Source of the DNA: Pseudomonadota bacterium
Lineage (GTDB): Bacteria > Pseudomonadota > Alphaproteobacteria > Caulobacterales > Hyphomonadaceae
Assembly (NCBI GenBank): GCA_039817025.1
Contig: JBCBWQ010000001.1
Coordinates: 25,422-89,421, forward strand
Direction: 5' to 3'
Length of the DNA: 64,000 bases
In this document: piece by piece, positions 27,029 through 35,933 of the stretch
How positions within the stretch are numbered: position 1 is the first letter of the stretch
Layout: each line of letters begins with the position of its first letter
Notes under the pieces: generated by a model
The model's input: only the letters and a program-made list of their open reading frames with translations
Told to the model about the DNA's origin: nothing
The model's database searches: none
Made by a program: the position numbers and the translations under genes

Positions 27029-27407
27029 GACCCCCGAAACGACAGAGACCGCGCCGCCTCCGGCAACGGCCCCTGAGGCACCGCAGCCCACTGATGAGCT
27101 GCAGGATCTTGAAGTCTTGGAAGCGACGGGTGCGGCTCCCACCGCAAGTGGATCCGAGGACGGGAAGCTCGATCCCCTGATGGGCATTGGCATGCAGGTT
27201 CAGGTCGTTCTGGGCCGGTGCCATATGCCGATTGCTGATCTTCTGGCGCTGGGGCGCGGCTCCATCGTCGAGCTTGATCGCGAGATCGGTGGAAGCGTCG
27301 ATGTGCTTGTGAACCAAAAGCTTATCGCCCGCGGCGATCTCACCAAGCTGCCCGATGGCCGTGTGGGTGTCACCCTTACCGAAGTTCTAAAGGAAGCCGC
27401 CGCTTAA
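27021..27407 (+). CDS. fliN: Flagellar motor switch protein FliN
   Basis: C-terminal SpoA domain MQVQVVLGRCHMPIADLLALGRGSIVELDREIGGSVDVLVNQKLIARGDL. The ATG at 27021 overlaps the fliH stop. Confidence 0.9.
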   Translation: MTETPETTETAPPPATAPEAPQPTDELQDLEVLEATGAAPTASGSEDGKLDPLMGIGMQVQVVLGRCHMPIADLLALGRGSIVELDREIGGSVDVLVNQKLIARGDLTKLPDGRVGVTLTEVLKEAAA

Positions 27408-27417
27408 GGCGGACAGA

Positions 27418-28263
27418 TTGTGGGGCAAGACAGTGCGACGTTTTTTTGATTTCAATTGCTGCGGTCCTGCATGGATTTGGGCCGCCGGGATGCTGGCCAT
27501 GTCGGCCACGCCAAGCTCGGCCCAGGATACCGGGACCTTCTTGGGCGACCTCGCGGCCACGGTTAGCGGTGCGCCCGCCGAATCTGACGAAAGTGCGGAA
27601 CTCAGCGGCCGGATCATCCAGCTTCTTGCGTTGACGACGGTGCTCAGTGTGGCGCCCGGCCTGTTGGTCGTTGCCACAAGTTTCACGCGCTTCGTGATCG
27701 TCTTTGCGATCCTGCGTTCGGCGCTGGGCCTCAACCAGACACCGCCCAACATCGTGCTAACCAGCATGGCGATGTTCATGACGTTTTTCGTGATGCAGCC
27801 TGTGTTCCAGGATTCCTGGGAACAGGGCGTTGAGCCGCTGATGGAGAACTCAATCACTGAGGCGCAGGCCATGCCCCGCGTCGCAGAGCCGTTCAAAGAG
27901 TTCATGTTCGTCAACACGCGCCCCAAGGACACCCAGCTCTTCATGGACATTGCCGCCGAAGCCGACGGCGTCGAAGCTGAGCCGGTCCCCGACACTGTCG
28001 AAGAAGTCGGGTGGCGGGCGCTTGTGCCGGCTTTCATGATCTCGGAATTGCGCCGGGCGTTCACCATCGGCTTTCTGATCTTTCTGCCGTTTCTGGCCAT
28101 CGACTTGATCGTCGCGTCGATCCTGATGAGCGCTGGTATGATGATGCTGCCGCCAGTTCTGATCTCACTGCCGTTCAAGATCGTCTTCTTCGTATTGATC
28201 GACGGTTGGTACATGCTGGCCGGAAGCATGATCCAGTCTTACTCAACCGCCACCGGTTTATGA
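27418..28263 (+). CDS. fliP: Flagellar export gate protein FliP
   Basis: Signal peptide then ...TSFTRFVIVFAILRSALGLNQTPPN...FLPFLAIDLIVASILMSAGMMMLPP. The start is uncertain (TTG 27418 or GTG 27433). Confidence 0.94.
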   Translation: MWGKTVRRFFDFNCCGPAWIWAAGMLAMSATPSSAQDTGTFLGDLAATVSGAPAESDESAELSGRIIQLLALTTVLSVAPGLLVVATSFTRFVIVFAILRSALGLNQTPPNIVLTSMAMFMTFFVMQPVFQDSWEQGVEPLMENSITEAQAMPRVAEPFKEFMFVNTRPKDTQLFMDIAAEADGVEAEPVPDTVEEVGWRALVPAFMISELRRAFTIGFLIFLPFLAIDLIVASILMSAGMMMLPPVLISLPFKIVFFVLIDGWYMLAGSMIQSYSTATGL

Positions 28264-28294
28264 GCCTTGTGCCCAAGGGATACGGAATACACGC

Positions 28295-29350
28295 ATGTCG
28301 ACAACGTCAGTCCATACCGAGGCTCTTAAAAAGCGACCCTCAGCCATGACCCTTTCAGGACCCGAAAAGGCCGCGATCCTCATCCTTTGTATGGGTGAAG
28401 AGCGTGGATCCGCGTTGATGCAACGTCTGGATGAGGCGGATATTCACACGATCACCCGTGCAATCTCAGGCATAGGGGCGATCCATGCCGAAGTGGCTGA
28501 ACAGGTCATGGCCGATTTCATCGAAACTGCCGCCATGATCCGCCCCAGCACGATGGAAACCGCCAAATCGCTTCTCGCCAGCTTCCTGCCCCAGGAAAAG
28601 GTCGAAGCGATCATGAAGGACATCGGCACAAACTCGGGCAAAGGGGAAAGCGCCCTGTGGCAAGAGATTGCGAATGTCGATGAAAAGACAATCGCAGAAT
28701 ACCTTGAAGGCGAGCAGGACCAGACGATTGCCGTCATTGCGGCAAACCTGCCATCGCCCGTTGCGGCGCGCGTGCTGCCGCTTTTGGGGCAGGATCGCAT
28801 GATGGCCGTGCTGGAGCGGATGCTTGATCTAAGCGAGGTGCCCGAGCACGTGCTGGATGAGATTGAGGCCTCGCTACGCAGCGATATCCTGGCCGCGAAT
28901 GTAGACCCTTCCGAGCTTCCGGGGGTCCAGCGCATGGCCAAGCTGTTCGACAGTTTTGACGAGACGCTGTTTGAATCCGTGTCCGCGCATTTGGGCGAAC
29001 GCGCACCCGAAGAGTTTGAAGCGATCCGGTCGCAGATGTTCACTTTTAACGACCTAATTCGGATCGAAGGTCAAGATCTGGCGCGGGTAATGCGTGGGGT
29101 CTCGGGCAGCGCGGTTCCCCTTGCGCTCAAAGGAGCCAAGGAAGAGGTACGCGATCACTTCCTGAGTGCGCTACCGGGGCGTTCGCGGGACATGCTGGTG
29201 GAGGAAATGGCCGCCATGGGGCCAGTTCGGGCGCGGGATGTGCGCGACGCGCAGGCAGCACTTGTCGACTGTGCCAAACAGTTGCTGGCGCAAGACGTCA
29301 TTCAGCTGCCGATGGACGCGGAAGACGACACGGAAGAATACATCGATTGA
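28295..29350 (+). CDS. fliG: Flagellar motor switch protein FliG
   Basis: LSGPEKAAILILCMGEERGSALMQRLDEADIHTI..., ...MFTFNDL..., and C-terminal charged-ridge region. Confidence 0.94.
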   Translation: MSTTSVHTEALKKRPSAMTLSGPEKAAILILCMGEERGSALMQRLDEADIHTITRAISGIGAIHAEVAEQVMADFIETAAMIRPSTMETAKSLLASFLPQEKVEAIMKDIGTNSGKGESALWQEIANVDEKTIAEYLEGEQDQTIAVIAANLPSPVAARVLPLLGQDRMMAVLERMLDLSEVPEHVLDEIEASLRSDILAANVDPSELPGVQRMAKLFDSFDETLFESVSAHLGERAPEEFEAIRSQMFTFNDLIRIEGQDLARVMRGVSGSAVPLALKGAKEEVRDHFLSALPGRSRDMLVEEMAAMGPVRARDVRDAQAALVDCAKQLLAQDVIQLPMDAEDDTEEYID

Positions 29351-29377
29351 TGGCAGAACTGCCGTGTTGGCGTCGGC

Positions 29378-30034
29378 CTAGATCGATTGCGAGGCGAGGA
29401 ATGTGCGCGCCTCGGTGATCGATGCCGTCACCGTCTCCGCCGCTTTCTCGTCATCCCCGGCTTTAATCAAGTCGATCAGGGCACGGTCATGTGCGATGAT
29501 CTGGGCATTTGACGCTTGCACAACCTCGGGCGGGTGATTTGCCAGAATGCTTGTGCGCGCCATGCAGTGAAACGCCTCACCGGCGATCATCGTGTCAGCG
29601 ACAAACGGGTTCTGGGATGCCAGTGCGATTGAGCTGACAAACTCAAAGTGTTTGTTCAAGAGATCGCCTGCCGGCTCGTCCGGCGTAGCGTTGAGAAGCA
29701 CCGCAGCGGGTTGTGTGATTTCTCCCCGCAGATTGCGTGTGGCGCGCTGAACCAGGAACGGAAACAGCCAATTCGCCATGTCAAAGTAATTGCGCAGCCC
29801 GGCCATTGACGCCGACGCCGCGAAAAAACCGCGATTGGGCTCGTTCACCACAAGTTTCTGTCGTTCAAGCAGGATCAAAGCCTCGCGCACAGGGGTGCGT
29901 GACACGCTGTAGCTTGCCGCAAGCGCTTCTTCGCTAATGTGTTGGGAGGGGGAGATCTCGTTTCGGATCAGCATCGCAAGGATATCTGTCTGTATCGACG
30001 TACGATGACTTACCTTTTGCAACGCTGCGGGCAA
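29378..30034 (-). CDS. GntR-family transcriptional regulator (FadR/FCD-type C-domain)
   Basis: ISEEALAASYSVSRTPVREALILLERQKLVV winged HTH, then an all-helical C-terminal domain. Confidence 0.8.
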   Translation of the reverse strand: MPAALQKVSHRTSIQTDILAMLIRNEISPSQHISEEALAASYSVSRTPVREALILLERQKLVVNEPNRGFFAASASMAGLRNYFDMANWLFPFLVQRATRNLRGEITQPAAVLLNATPDEPAGDLLNKHFEFVSSIALASQNPFVADTMIAGEAFHCMARTSILANHPPEVVQASNAQIIAHDRALIDLIKAGDDEKAAETVTASITEARTFLASQSI

Positions 30035-30256
30035 TTCTTCGATCTCCCGATGTTTTCTCTGGCTTTTGTGCCGGAGATAGTTGTTTTTTCTTTCGATCCT
30101 TTGGCCTTGTTAACGAATACGCGCTATCTGAAGTTGATAGTCAACATGCATATAGTAACCAGAGGTTGGTATCCGGTTCTGCTGCGCTGTTCCTGTGCCA
30201 AGTCGGCAACAGGCGCAGTCATTGGCTCGCAACGGTAATTGCGGCGCGTCGCAGTC

Positions 30257-30946
30257 TTATTCGGATCTGCCTGGGTGGATCAGCGTGCACGTCGACGGTG
30301 TGTCGCCCGACGTTGGAATGCGAGCAGTCTCCACAAGCGCGCGCTGGGCCGCCATCTGCAGGAAAAAGTCCAGAACACGGTGCCCAGACCCCACTGCGAT
30401 ACTGCCATCGCGGGCCAGGACCAGCTCGGGCACGGCCGCGAGCGTGCGCCCGGCGCTCAAGGGGCCGTCGAGTTCGATCATGACATCAGACCCCGATCGA
30501 ACGACCCTCCGCACCATGGCTGTGTGGGGCCCGGGCCGCCTGTTCGCGCCATCAGCGCGGCGTGGATCGCCATAAACACCGGTCGCAGGATCCCTTGCGC
30601 CTGCAAAGGCCATCTTGAACGTCGCTTTCCGAAGCGCGACCTGAAGGCGCTCCTTCACCGTAGGACTGACAACTGCCTCGGCCCGAGCGCGGCGCTGAGG
30701 CATGTGTGGGAGGCCGGCCCAACTTGTAGCCAAACGGTCGTAGGCAGTGTTTATGTCGACCAGGCGCTCATTCGCCCCGGGCATCTTGCGGTGAAGCTCA
30801 CCATGCAAGCGCCGGGCAAGCGACCGGTACGCCGTTTTGATGTCATGCAGAGTGCTGGTTTCACAGCAGCCGAGGATCGCAAGATCCCGCGCGATAGTCC
30901 CGTCCATCGAAGCCCCCAAGGCCGAATTGCGGCCGTAATGGGGCAA
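30257..30946 (-). CDS. J-domain-like protein lacking the HPD motif
   Basis: ARDLAILGCCETSTLHDIKTAYRSLARRLHGELHRKMPGANERLVDINTAYDRLA aligns with J-domain helices I-III, with HGE in place of HPD. The likely start is M14 (30907). The opposite-strand ORF at 30239..31042 is Arg-rich and was rejected. Confidence 0.5.
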   Translation of the reverse strand: MPHYGRNSALGASMDGTIARDLAILGCCETSTLHDIKTAYRSLARRLHGELHRKMPGANERLVDINTAYDRLATSWAGLPHMPQRRARAEAVVSPTVKERLQVALRKATFKMAFAGARDPATGVYGDPRRADGANRRPGPHTAMVRRVVRSGSDVMIELDGPLSAGRTLAAVPELVLARDGSIAVGSGHRVLDFFLQMAAQRALVETARIPTSGDTPSTCTLIHPGRSE

Positions 30947-31076
30947 AGGTTGGCAGAATGTGTGGCGCGCTTCGCGAGAATTCTGCGGAGAGGAGAGAAT
31001 TCAGGGGTTTTTGTTGCGAGACCATGGTCAATCTGCGCCTAAAAGGACCACCAGATTGCTGATCTGGAAACGAAGG

Positions 31077-31520
31077 CTAGCCGCGGTCGCGCGTGCGGCG
31101 GTCGTGCTGGGTGATCATACTTTCGAGAGCTTGCGCCTGCTGCGTCTGGATGATCGCAGCAGCCTCGTTCGCCGCGATCACGTCCGCAGTCAGTCGAAGT
31201 GCCGTGACGCGTTGATACACTGCCTGAAGCTCCGCTTCACTTAGCCTTGCAGCGTCTTCCACACGGGCATGAGACACCCGCTGGTGCGCCGCCCTTTGCT
31301 GCGCTGCACGCAGGAACATCTCCAAGTACGCTGCAGCACCCGCATCGGCGTTTTCAATCTCATGGTCGATGCGTTTCTCCAGAGCGTCCATCTCTTGCCG
31401 AAGGGCATTCGCGTCCGTTTGTCGTTGCTGGTATTGCTGTGAGACCTGAGCAAGCTCGAGGTCATGCATCCTCTTTAGCAACCGCAATGTCGAGATACGG
31501 CGGGGGGCTGTATCACTCAT
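31077..31520 (-). CDS. Coiled-coil protein, FliJ-like by size, composition and context
   Basis: 147 aa, all-helical and Q/A/R-rich (QQYQQRQTDANALRQEMDALEKRIDHE). It is the last gene of the motA operon. There is no direct motif proof. Confidence 0.45.
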   Translation of the reverse strand: MSDTAPRRISTLRLLKRMHDLELAQVSQQYQQRQTDANALRQEMDALEKRIDHEIENADAGAAAYLEMFLRAAQQRAAHQRVSHARVEDAARLSEAELQAVYQRVTALRLTADVIAANEAAAIIQTQQAQALESMITQHDRRTRDRG

Positions 31521-31749
31521 TCACGCCACCACCCGGAGTGTTGTCGGCCCCGGATGCATCGACGGCCGCAAGAGCGGCGCGGATCCGTTCGATTAGCGCC
31601 GGGTCAAACGGCGGCAGTTTTGGCGGGCGCGTCGATTCCAAAGACATAGCATCGGACTCGCCTTCCGGTCTTGGCACCGGGTCAGCGGCGATGGCCGGAC
31701 CGGCCAATGCAACCACACACGCCAAAGCAATGGGTGTGTGCCGCGTCAT
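31513..31749 (-). CDS. 78-aa secreted/periplasmic protein of unknown function
   Basis: Signal peptide MTRHTPIALACVVALAGPAIA-ADP. Its start overlaps the motA stop by 4 nt, and its stop overlaps the next start by 8 nt. Confidence 0.5.
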   Translation of the reverse strand: MTRHTPIALACVVALAGPAIAADPVPRPEGESDAMSLESTRPPKLPPFDPALIERIRAALAAVDASGADNTPGGGVNE

Positions 31750-32612
31750 GCAGCTGCCAGCTCTTTCTGGGCAGTCTCGACCTCATAGAAGTCGGGTTGC
31801 ATGGATGTCGGGATGTTGCCGCGGCCGATCTCGATGCAGATGGCAGGGGGATGTTCGGCAACCATGGCGATAAAGATGTCGCGGATCACAATGTAAAAGG
31901 CGCCGTCCTCGTCTTCGATCTGCTTGAGACGCCCCGCGATGGGCGCAACCATGCAATAGGCCAGGAAGACACCAAGGAACGTGCCGACAAGGGCGCCACC
32001 GATCATCTTGCCCAGCACTTCGGGTGGCTGATCGATTGAGGACATCGTCTTGATCACACCAAGAACAGCCGCAACGATACCGATCGCGGGCAAACCGTCG
32101 GCCATGGTTTGAATGGCCTTGGCGGGTTCGAGGGCTTCGTGGTGGTGCTTCTTGATCTTGGCGTTGATGACGTCTTCGGTTTGATACTTGTCGTCGAACT
32201 GCATCGACAGCATTCGAAAGCTGTCTGTGATCAAATCAAGGGCAAAGTGATCCTTTTGGATCTTGGGGTAGCGCGAGAAGATTGAGCTGTCATGCGGGCT
32301 TTCGATATGCTCGTCGAGCGCTGTCATGCCCTTGGATTTGTAGAGCCGCGTCAGCTCAAACATCAGCAAAAGCAAATCGTTGAAGTCCTTGGCCTTCCAT
32401 CGTGTGCCTTTGAGAACTTTCAACAGCCCGACGCCGGAGCCCTTCACGACCTTCATTGAATTGGCGATCACAAACGCGCCGAAGGCCCCGCCGCCGATCA
32501 TCATGCCTTCATACGGCAACGCATAGAGGACGATGTCCATCTTGCCGCCCGAAAGCATGAAACCCCCGAAGACGAGACCGAAGACCATTGCAAGGCCAAA
32601 AATAAGCGTCAT
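31746..32612 (-). CDS. motA: Flagellar stator protein MotA
   Basis: MTLIFGLAMVFGLVFGGFMLSGG..., ...VGTFLGVFLAYCMVAPIAGRL... The start is the ATG at 32612, preceded by AAGGGTGA. The track ORF over-extends to 32675. Confidence 0.93.
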   Translation of the reverse strand: MTLIFGLAMVFGLVFGGFMLSGGKMDIVLYALPYEGMMIGGGAFGAFVIANSMKVVKGSGVGLLKVLKGTRWKAKDFNDLLLLMFELTRLYKSKGMTALDEHIESPHDSSIFSRYPKIQKDHFALDLITDSFRMLSMQFDDKYQTEDVINAKIKKHHHEALEPAKAIQTMADGLPAIGIVAAVLGVIKTMSSIDQPPEVLGKMIGGALVGTFLGVFLAYCMVAPIAGRLKQIEDEDGAFYIVIRDIFIAMVAEHPPAICIEIGRGNIPTSMQPDFYEVETAQKELAAA

Positions 32613-32649
32613 GCTGTCACCCTTTATATGAGCTTGATCACTGTCTGAC

Positions 32650-32710
32650 ATCTTGTGTATAAGAATAGTTGACATTAATCAAGAATAAATACATGATCTT
32701 ATCAAGAATA
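32650..32710. repeat. motA/orf314 spacer: three direct AAGAATA repeats (32661, 32681, 32704) plus TTGACA (32669-32674)
   Basis: Read directly: TATAAGAATAGTT / ATCAAGAATAAAT / ATCAAGAATAGTA. The spacings are 20 and 23 nt. Confidence 0.65.
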
Positions 32711-32728
32711 GTATGAAGAGCGCCTGAT

Positions 32729-33673
32729 ATGGACCATCCAACAACACTCATCTACCTGGCGGACGTGGAAACGCTGAGCCAACTGCACCGCAACTGGCCG
32801 AGCGATTTGCGCGTCGCATTGTGCTTGGAAGAGGGTGGTGAAAGTGACGTCATCGTTATTCGTCAGGACGAGGTTGATGAAGCGCCGGAACGCGTGGCCG
32901 CTTTGTTGGGTCGGGACGATGCCGATTTCGTAATCGTTCCTGTGCTTGGCGGTTATCCAACGCGGCGTCTGAGTTTTTCGCAAGAACAGCAACTTTGCGT
33001 AATGCTTGCAGATATGGTCGAGCTTCCCGATCAGGCGCGATCGAACTTCGATTATTTGGCAGAGAGTAACGGGCTCTCTGATGAGACTGGTTGCGAGAGC
33101 GAGATCCTGAAAAAGCCTGTAGTGGCGTCAAGCATCGCGCAGGCCCATCCAGCGGTTCACCCGGCGTTGGCCGAAATAGCAGATGAGGTGATCGGTCACT
33201 GGGGCAGGGTGGAACGATCCGGCACGGTTTGGTGTTTTACGGTCGATGGCATGCCAGAGTGCGATGATCACCCGCCCAGCATCTTTGCCCATCCAATTGC
33301 ACTGTCCGACGATCGGCGGCGTCTGCAGGCGGTGCTGGCACTGGCCACTGACTGGCGGGGTGGATTGCCGCAAGCCTTTCAGATGCCCGTCGATGGATTG
33401 CCAGACGGTTGCCCCGACCTGCAGGACGGCACAACGCATCGCGTATTCTTTCGTTCGGAAGGGACCGCGCTGACGATCACTTTGCCTGTCTTGAAACCGT
33501 CCGCTTCCTCATCGCCCCTCGCCGACACTGCAAAACCGCGTCGGCGCCGCCTTCTTGGGCCAGCCTTGGCTGCGGCAACGGCGCTGGTGATGGTTCAAGT
33601 GGGCACATCTCCGGACGTCATCGATGCAATGCGCGCGGCCGGCACATTTCAATCGGGCTTCCAGGACAGGTGA
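32729..33673 (+). CDS. Hypothetical protein with a C-terminal transmembrane tail, divergent from motA
   Basis: 314 aa with no motif I recognise. RRRRLLGPALAAATALVMVQVG near the C-terminus looks like a single TM helix. Confidence 0.55.
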   Translation: MDHPTTLIYLADVETLSQLHRNWPSDLRVALCLEEGGESDVIVIRQDEVDEAPERVAALLGRDDADFVIVPVLGGYPTRRLSFSQEQQLCVMLADMVELPDQARSNFDYLAESNGLSDETGCESEILKKPVVASSIAQAHPAVHPALAEIADEVIGHWGRVERSGTVWCFTVDGMPECDDHPPSIFAHPIALSDDRRRLQAVLALATDWRGGLPQAFQMPVDGLPDGCPDLQDGTTHRVFFRSEGTALTITLPVLKPSASSSPLADTAKPRRRRLLGPALAAATALVMVQVGTSPDVIDAMRAAGTFQSGFQDR

Positions 33674-33925
33674 GGTGGCGAACGGAACTATAAGGACTTG
33701 AGGACGGTTAACCAAGACGTAACCATGCATGCAAATATAAAACGCATATGAGTATCCTAGATTTGTTTGTGACCAATGTTTATAATGGTCTGTGTTCTTG
33801 ACGCAGTGCTAGATAGGTCGAAGAATTCGACGATCATTTTGGTCCCACCTGTGCGCTAAAGGTTGTTTTGCGCGTAAGGGGCCAAGGATCCTCGTGAACT
33901 GCGAGGTGAGAAAAGAGGTCAGAAG

Positions 33926-34402
33926 ATGACACAGCAAGATAAGAAAAGTGAGATGATCGCCCAGATCGTATCGGCCTTCGCGTCGCGCACCGACGTTACG
34001 GCAGCCGATATAGCGGAATTAACCCTGAAATTGACGCAAGAGCTTGCAGCGGCGCCCGACGATGACAGCGCTGTGATGCCTAGCGCCTATAACGCTGCGA
34101 CCGCGCAGGCCGCACCCAAACCTTCCGTTAACAATACCGAACGCGCCGTCCCGGCAATTGCCATCGAAGACGCGGTGACACCGTCAAAGGTGTATTGCCT
34201 GTGCTGCGGAAAGGGCTTCAAGATGCTCAAGCGGCATCTTGGTGCCGTCCATGGTTTGACTGAGGACGAGTATCGCGAAAAGTTCAATTTACCGAAAGAC
34301 TTCCCGCTGGTCGCGCCAGAGTATTCCGCGATGAAAGCAGAGACGGCCGCGAGGCTTGGTCTTGGCAAGTACGAGCGTGCGAAAGCCGATCCTGTCGACT
34401 GA
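33926..34402 (+). CDS. mucR: MucR/Ros-family zinc-finger transcriptional regulator
   Basis: KVYCLCCGKGFKMLKRHLGAVHGLTEDEYREKFNLPKDFPLVAPEYS is the Ros/MucR signature. Confidence 0.9.
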   Translation: MTQQDKKSEMIAQIVSAFASRTDVTAADIAELTLKLTQELAAAPDDDSAVMPSAYNAATAQAAPKPSVNNTERAVPAIAIEDAVTPSKVYCLCCGKGFKMLKRHLGAVHGLTEDEYREKFNLPKDFPLVAPEYSAMKAETAARLGLGKYERAKADPVD

Positions 34403-34533
34403 TCACCACACGCAAACTGTCCCACGAACGGCACCGCGAAGCCCTGGCACCCGTCGCTGTGCCGGACTTCGGCGGCATGCGCTGCGTTGTCCGGTGCGCT
34501 AGCCGGCAACTCTAACCAAATGAGACCTGAGCC

Positions 34534-35601
34534 ATGTCCAAGCAGACCATTCTGATCAAGAAGATTGAGGATGGCGGTCACGATGACCACCATGGCGGTG
34601 GCTGGAAGGTTGCCTATGCCGACTTCATGACAGCAATGATGGCGTTCTTCCTTCTTCTGTGGATTCTCGCTGCGTCAGATGAAGAGGCGCTTCGTGGGCT
34701 AGCCGATTATTTCACCCCTAGCTTGTCGGAGGCGGGCGGCAAGGGGCAAGGTCTGCTCGCAGGGCAGGTTTTGGCCGAGGATGGCATTCTGTCGGGAACA
34801 GACGGCCCAAGCAGTGAAGAGCAACTGCCAAGCTTCGGTCAGGAGAATCCTCTCGCCGTGTTCGATAGTCGCATCCGTTACGACATGGAATTCGAAGCAA
34901 GTCAGACAGGCGCCCCGTTCGAGGAAGGCGAAGCGGGTGAACAGGCATCAATCGCTTCTGGGACTGAACAGACAAACGAGGCGCCGTCGGAGTTGGCAGA
35001 GCGTTCCGATCTTCAAGAGTTGGATTTTGAGGGTGCGGCCGAAGTCTCCCTTTCGGAGCTGATTGAAGCCGAAACAGAACGCCGGGAATCCTTGGAGGAG
35101 ATCGGAGATCAGATTGTGTCGCGCCTTGCGGCAGAGCCAGGGATGGCGGATCTTCAAAACAACCTCACGTTCGAAATCACGCCAGCGGGGCTGGAGATCC
35201 AGTTGGTGGACGGCGATGGAAAGTCGATGTTTGCCATCGGAAGCGCGGCGATTGAGGACAGGACAAGGGCGCTGCTGGCAACGGTGGCGGCGTCTATTGC
35301 CGACAAACCTTGGCCCCTCGCGATATCTGGACACACGGATTCTCTGCCCTATGCCGAGGGCGTGAACTACTCGAACTGGGAGCTTTCGGCAGACAGGGCG
35401 AATGCCACGCGGCGTGCGCTGGCTGAGAAGGGTGTTGATCCGCGCCGGATCACCAGGGTTTCTGGCTTTGCAGAAACGGACCCGATCGTTGGCTTGGAGC
35501 CCGATGCACCGCAGAACCGGCGGATCGCTATTCTCTTGCAGTATCCATCGAACCTGCCTGCGTCAGCCCTCGAACTTGGGGCAGAATTAGGGCTGCAATA
35601 A
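34534..35601 (+). CDS. motB: Flagellar stator protein MotB (long linker, OmpA-like C-domain)
   Basis: GGGWKVAYADFMTAMMAFFLLLWIL plug/TM region. C-terminal ...ISGHTDSLPY...SNWELSADRANATRRAL...NRRIAI. Confidence 0.92.
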   Translation: MSKQTILIKKIEDGGHDDHHGGGWKVAYADFMTAMMAFFLLLWILAASDEEALRGLADYFTPSLSEAGGKGQGLLAGQVLAEDGILSGTDGPSSEEQLPSFGQENPLAVFDSRIRYDMEFEASQTGAPFEEGEAGEQASIASGTEQTNEAPSELAERSDLQELDFEGAAEVSLSELIEAETERRESLEEIGDQIVSRLAAEPGMADLQNNLTFEITPAGLEIQLVDGDGKSMFAIGSAAIEDRTRALLATVAASIADKPWPLAISGHTDSLPYAEGVNYSNWELSADRANATRRALAEKGVDPRRITRVSGFAETDPIVGLEPDAPQNRRIAILLQYPSNLPASALELGAELGLQ

Positions 35602-35933
35602 GAAACAATGCAGCAATGGCAGCGGTGCATACCGCGGATGTGCGAAACAGTGCGGCGCCACAGCGGAAATTAGGCCGTGACACGCTTAAGAAGTCCCCAA
35701 ACAATTCCATAGATCTCGGCAATCATCGCAACCATCCACAACATGTTGTGGGTAGCTGGCGGTCTTTGGTGTCTGGCGAGATTGTATAATGATGTAATGC
35801 AGTCCAAATGCATCATCCATACAGTTTGTATACATCAAGTATACACTTCAATATTCTGAAAAATATAGGATTTCCCGCTTCTGCCGGTACGAATGGCGTC
35901 ACTTAGGCAACAAAACCCTGGAGCAGAAGCCCA

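Noticed and set aside
27387-28229. A 280-aa ORF antisense to fliP.
   Set aside because: FliP signatures on the plus strand are unambiguous, and the antisense product has no features.
30239-31042. A 267-aa plus-strand ORF overlapping the J-like gene.
   Set aside because: Its Arg/Gly/Pro-rich composition lacks motifs, while the minus-strand frame gives a J-domain-like alignment. This call is still less certain than the others.
34440-34470. A sigma-54-type promoter (CTGGCACCCGTCGCTG) upstream of motB.
   Set aside because: The GG-N10-GC spacing is not satisfied and there is no TTGC element. No sigma-54 activator gene is present in the window.
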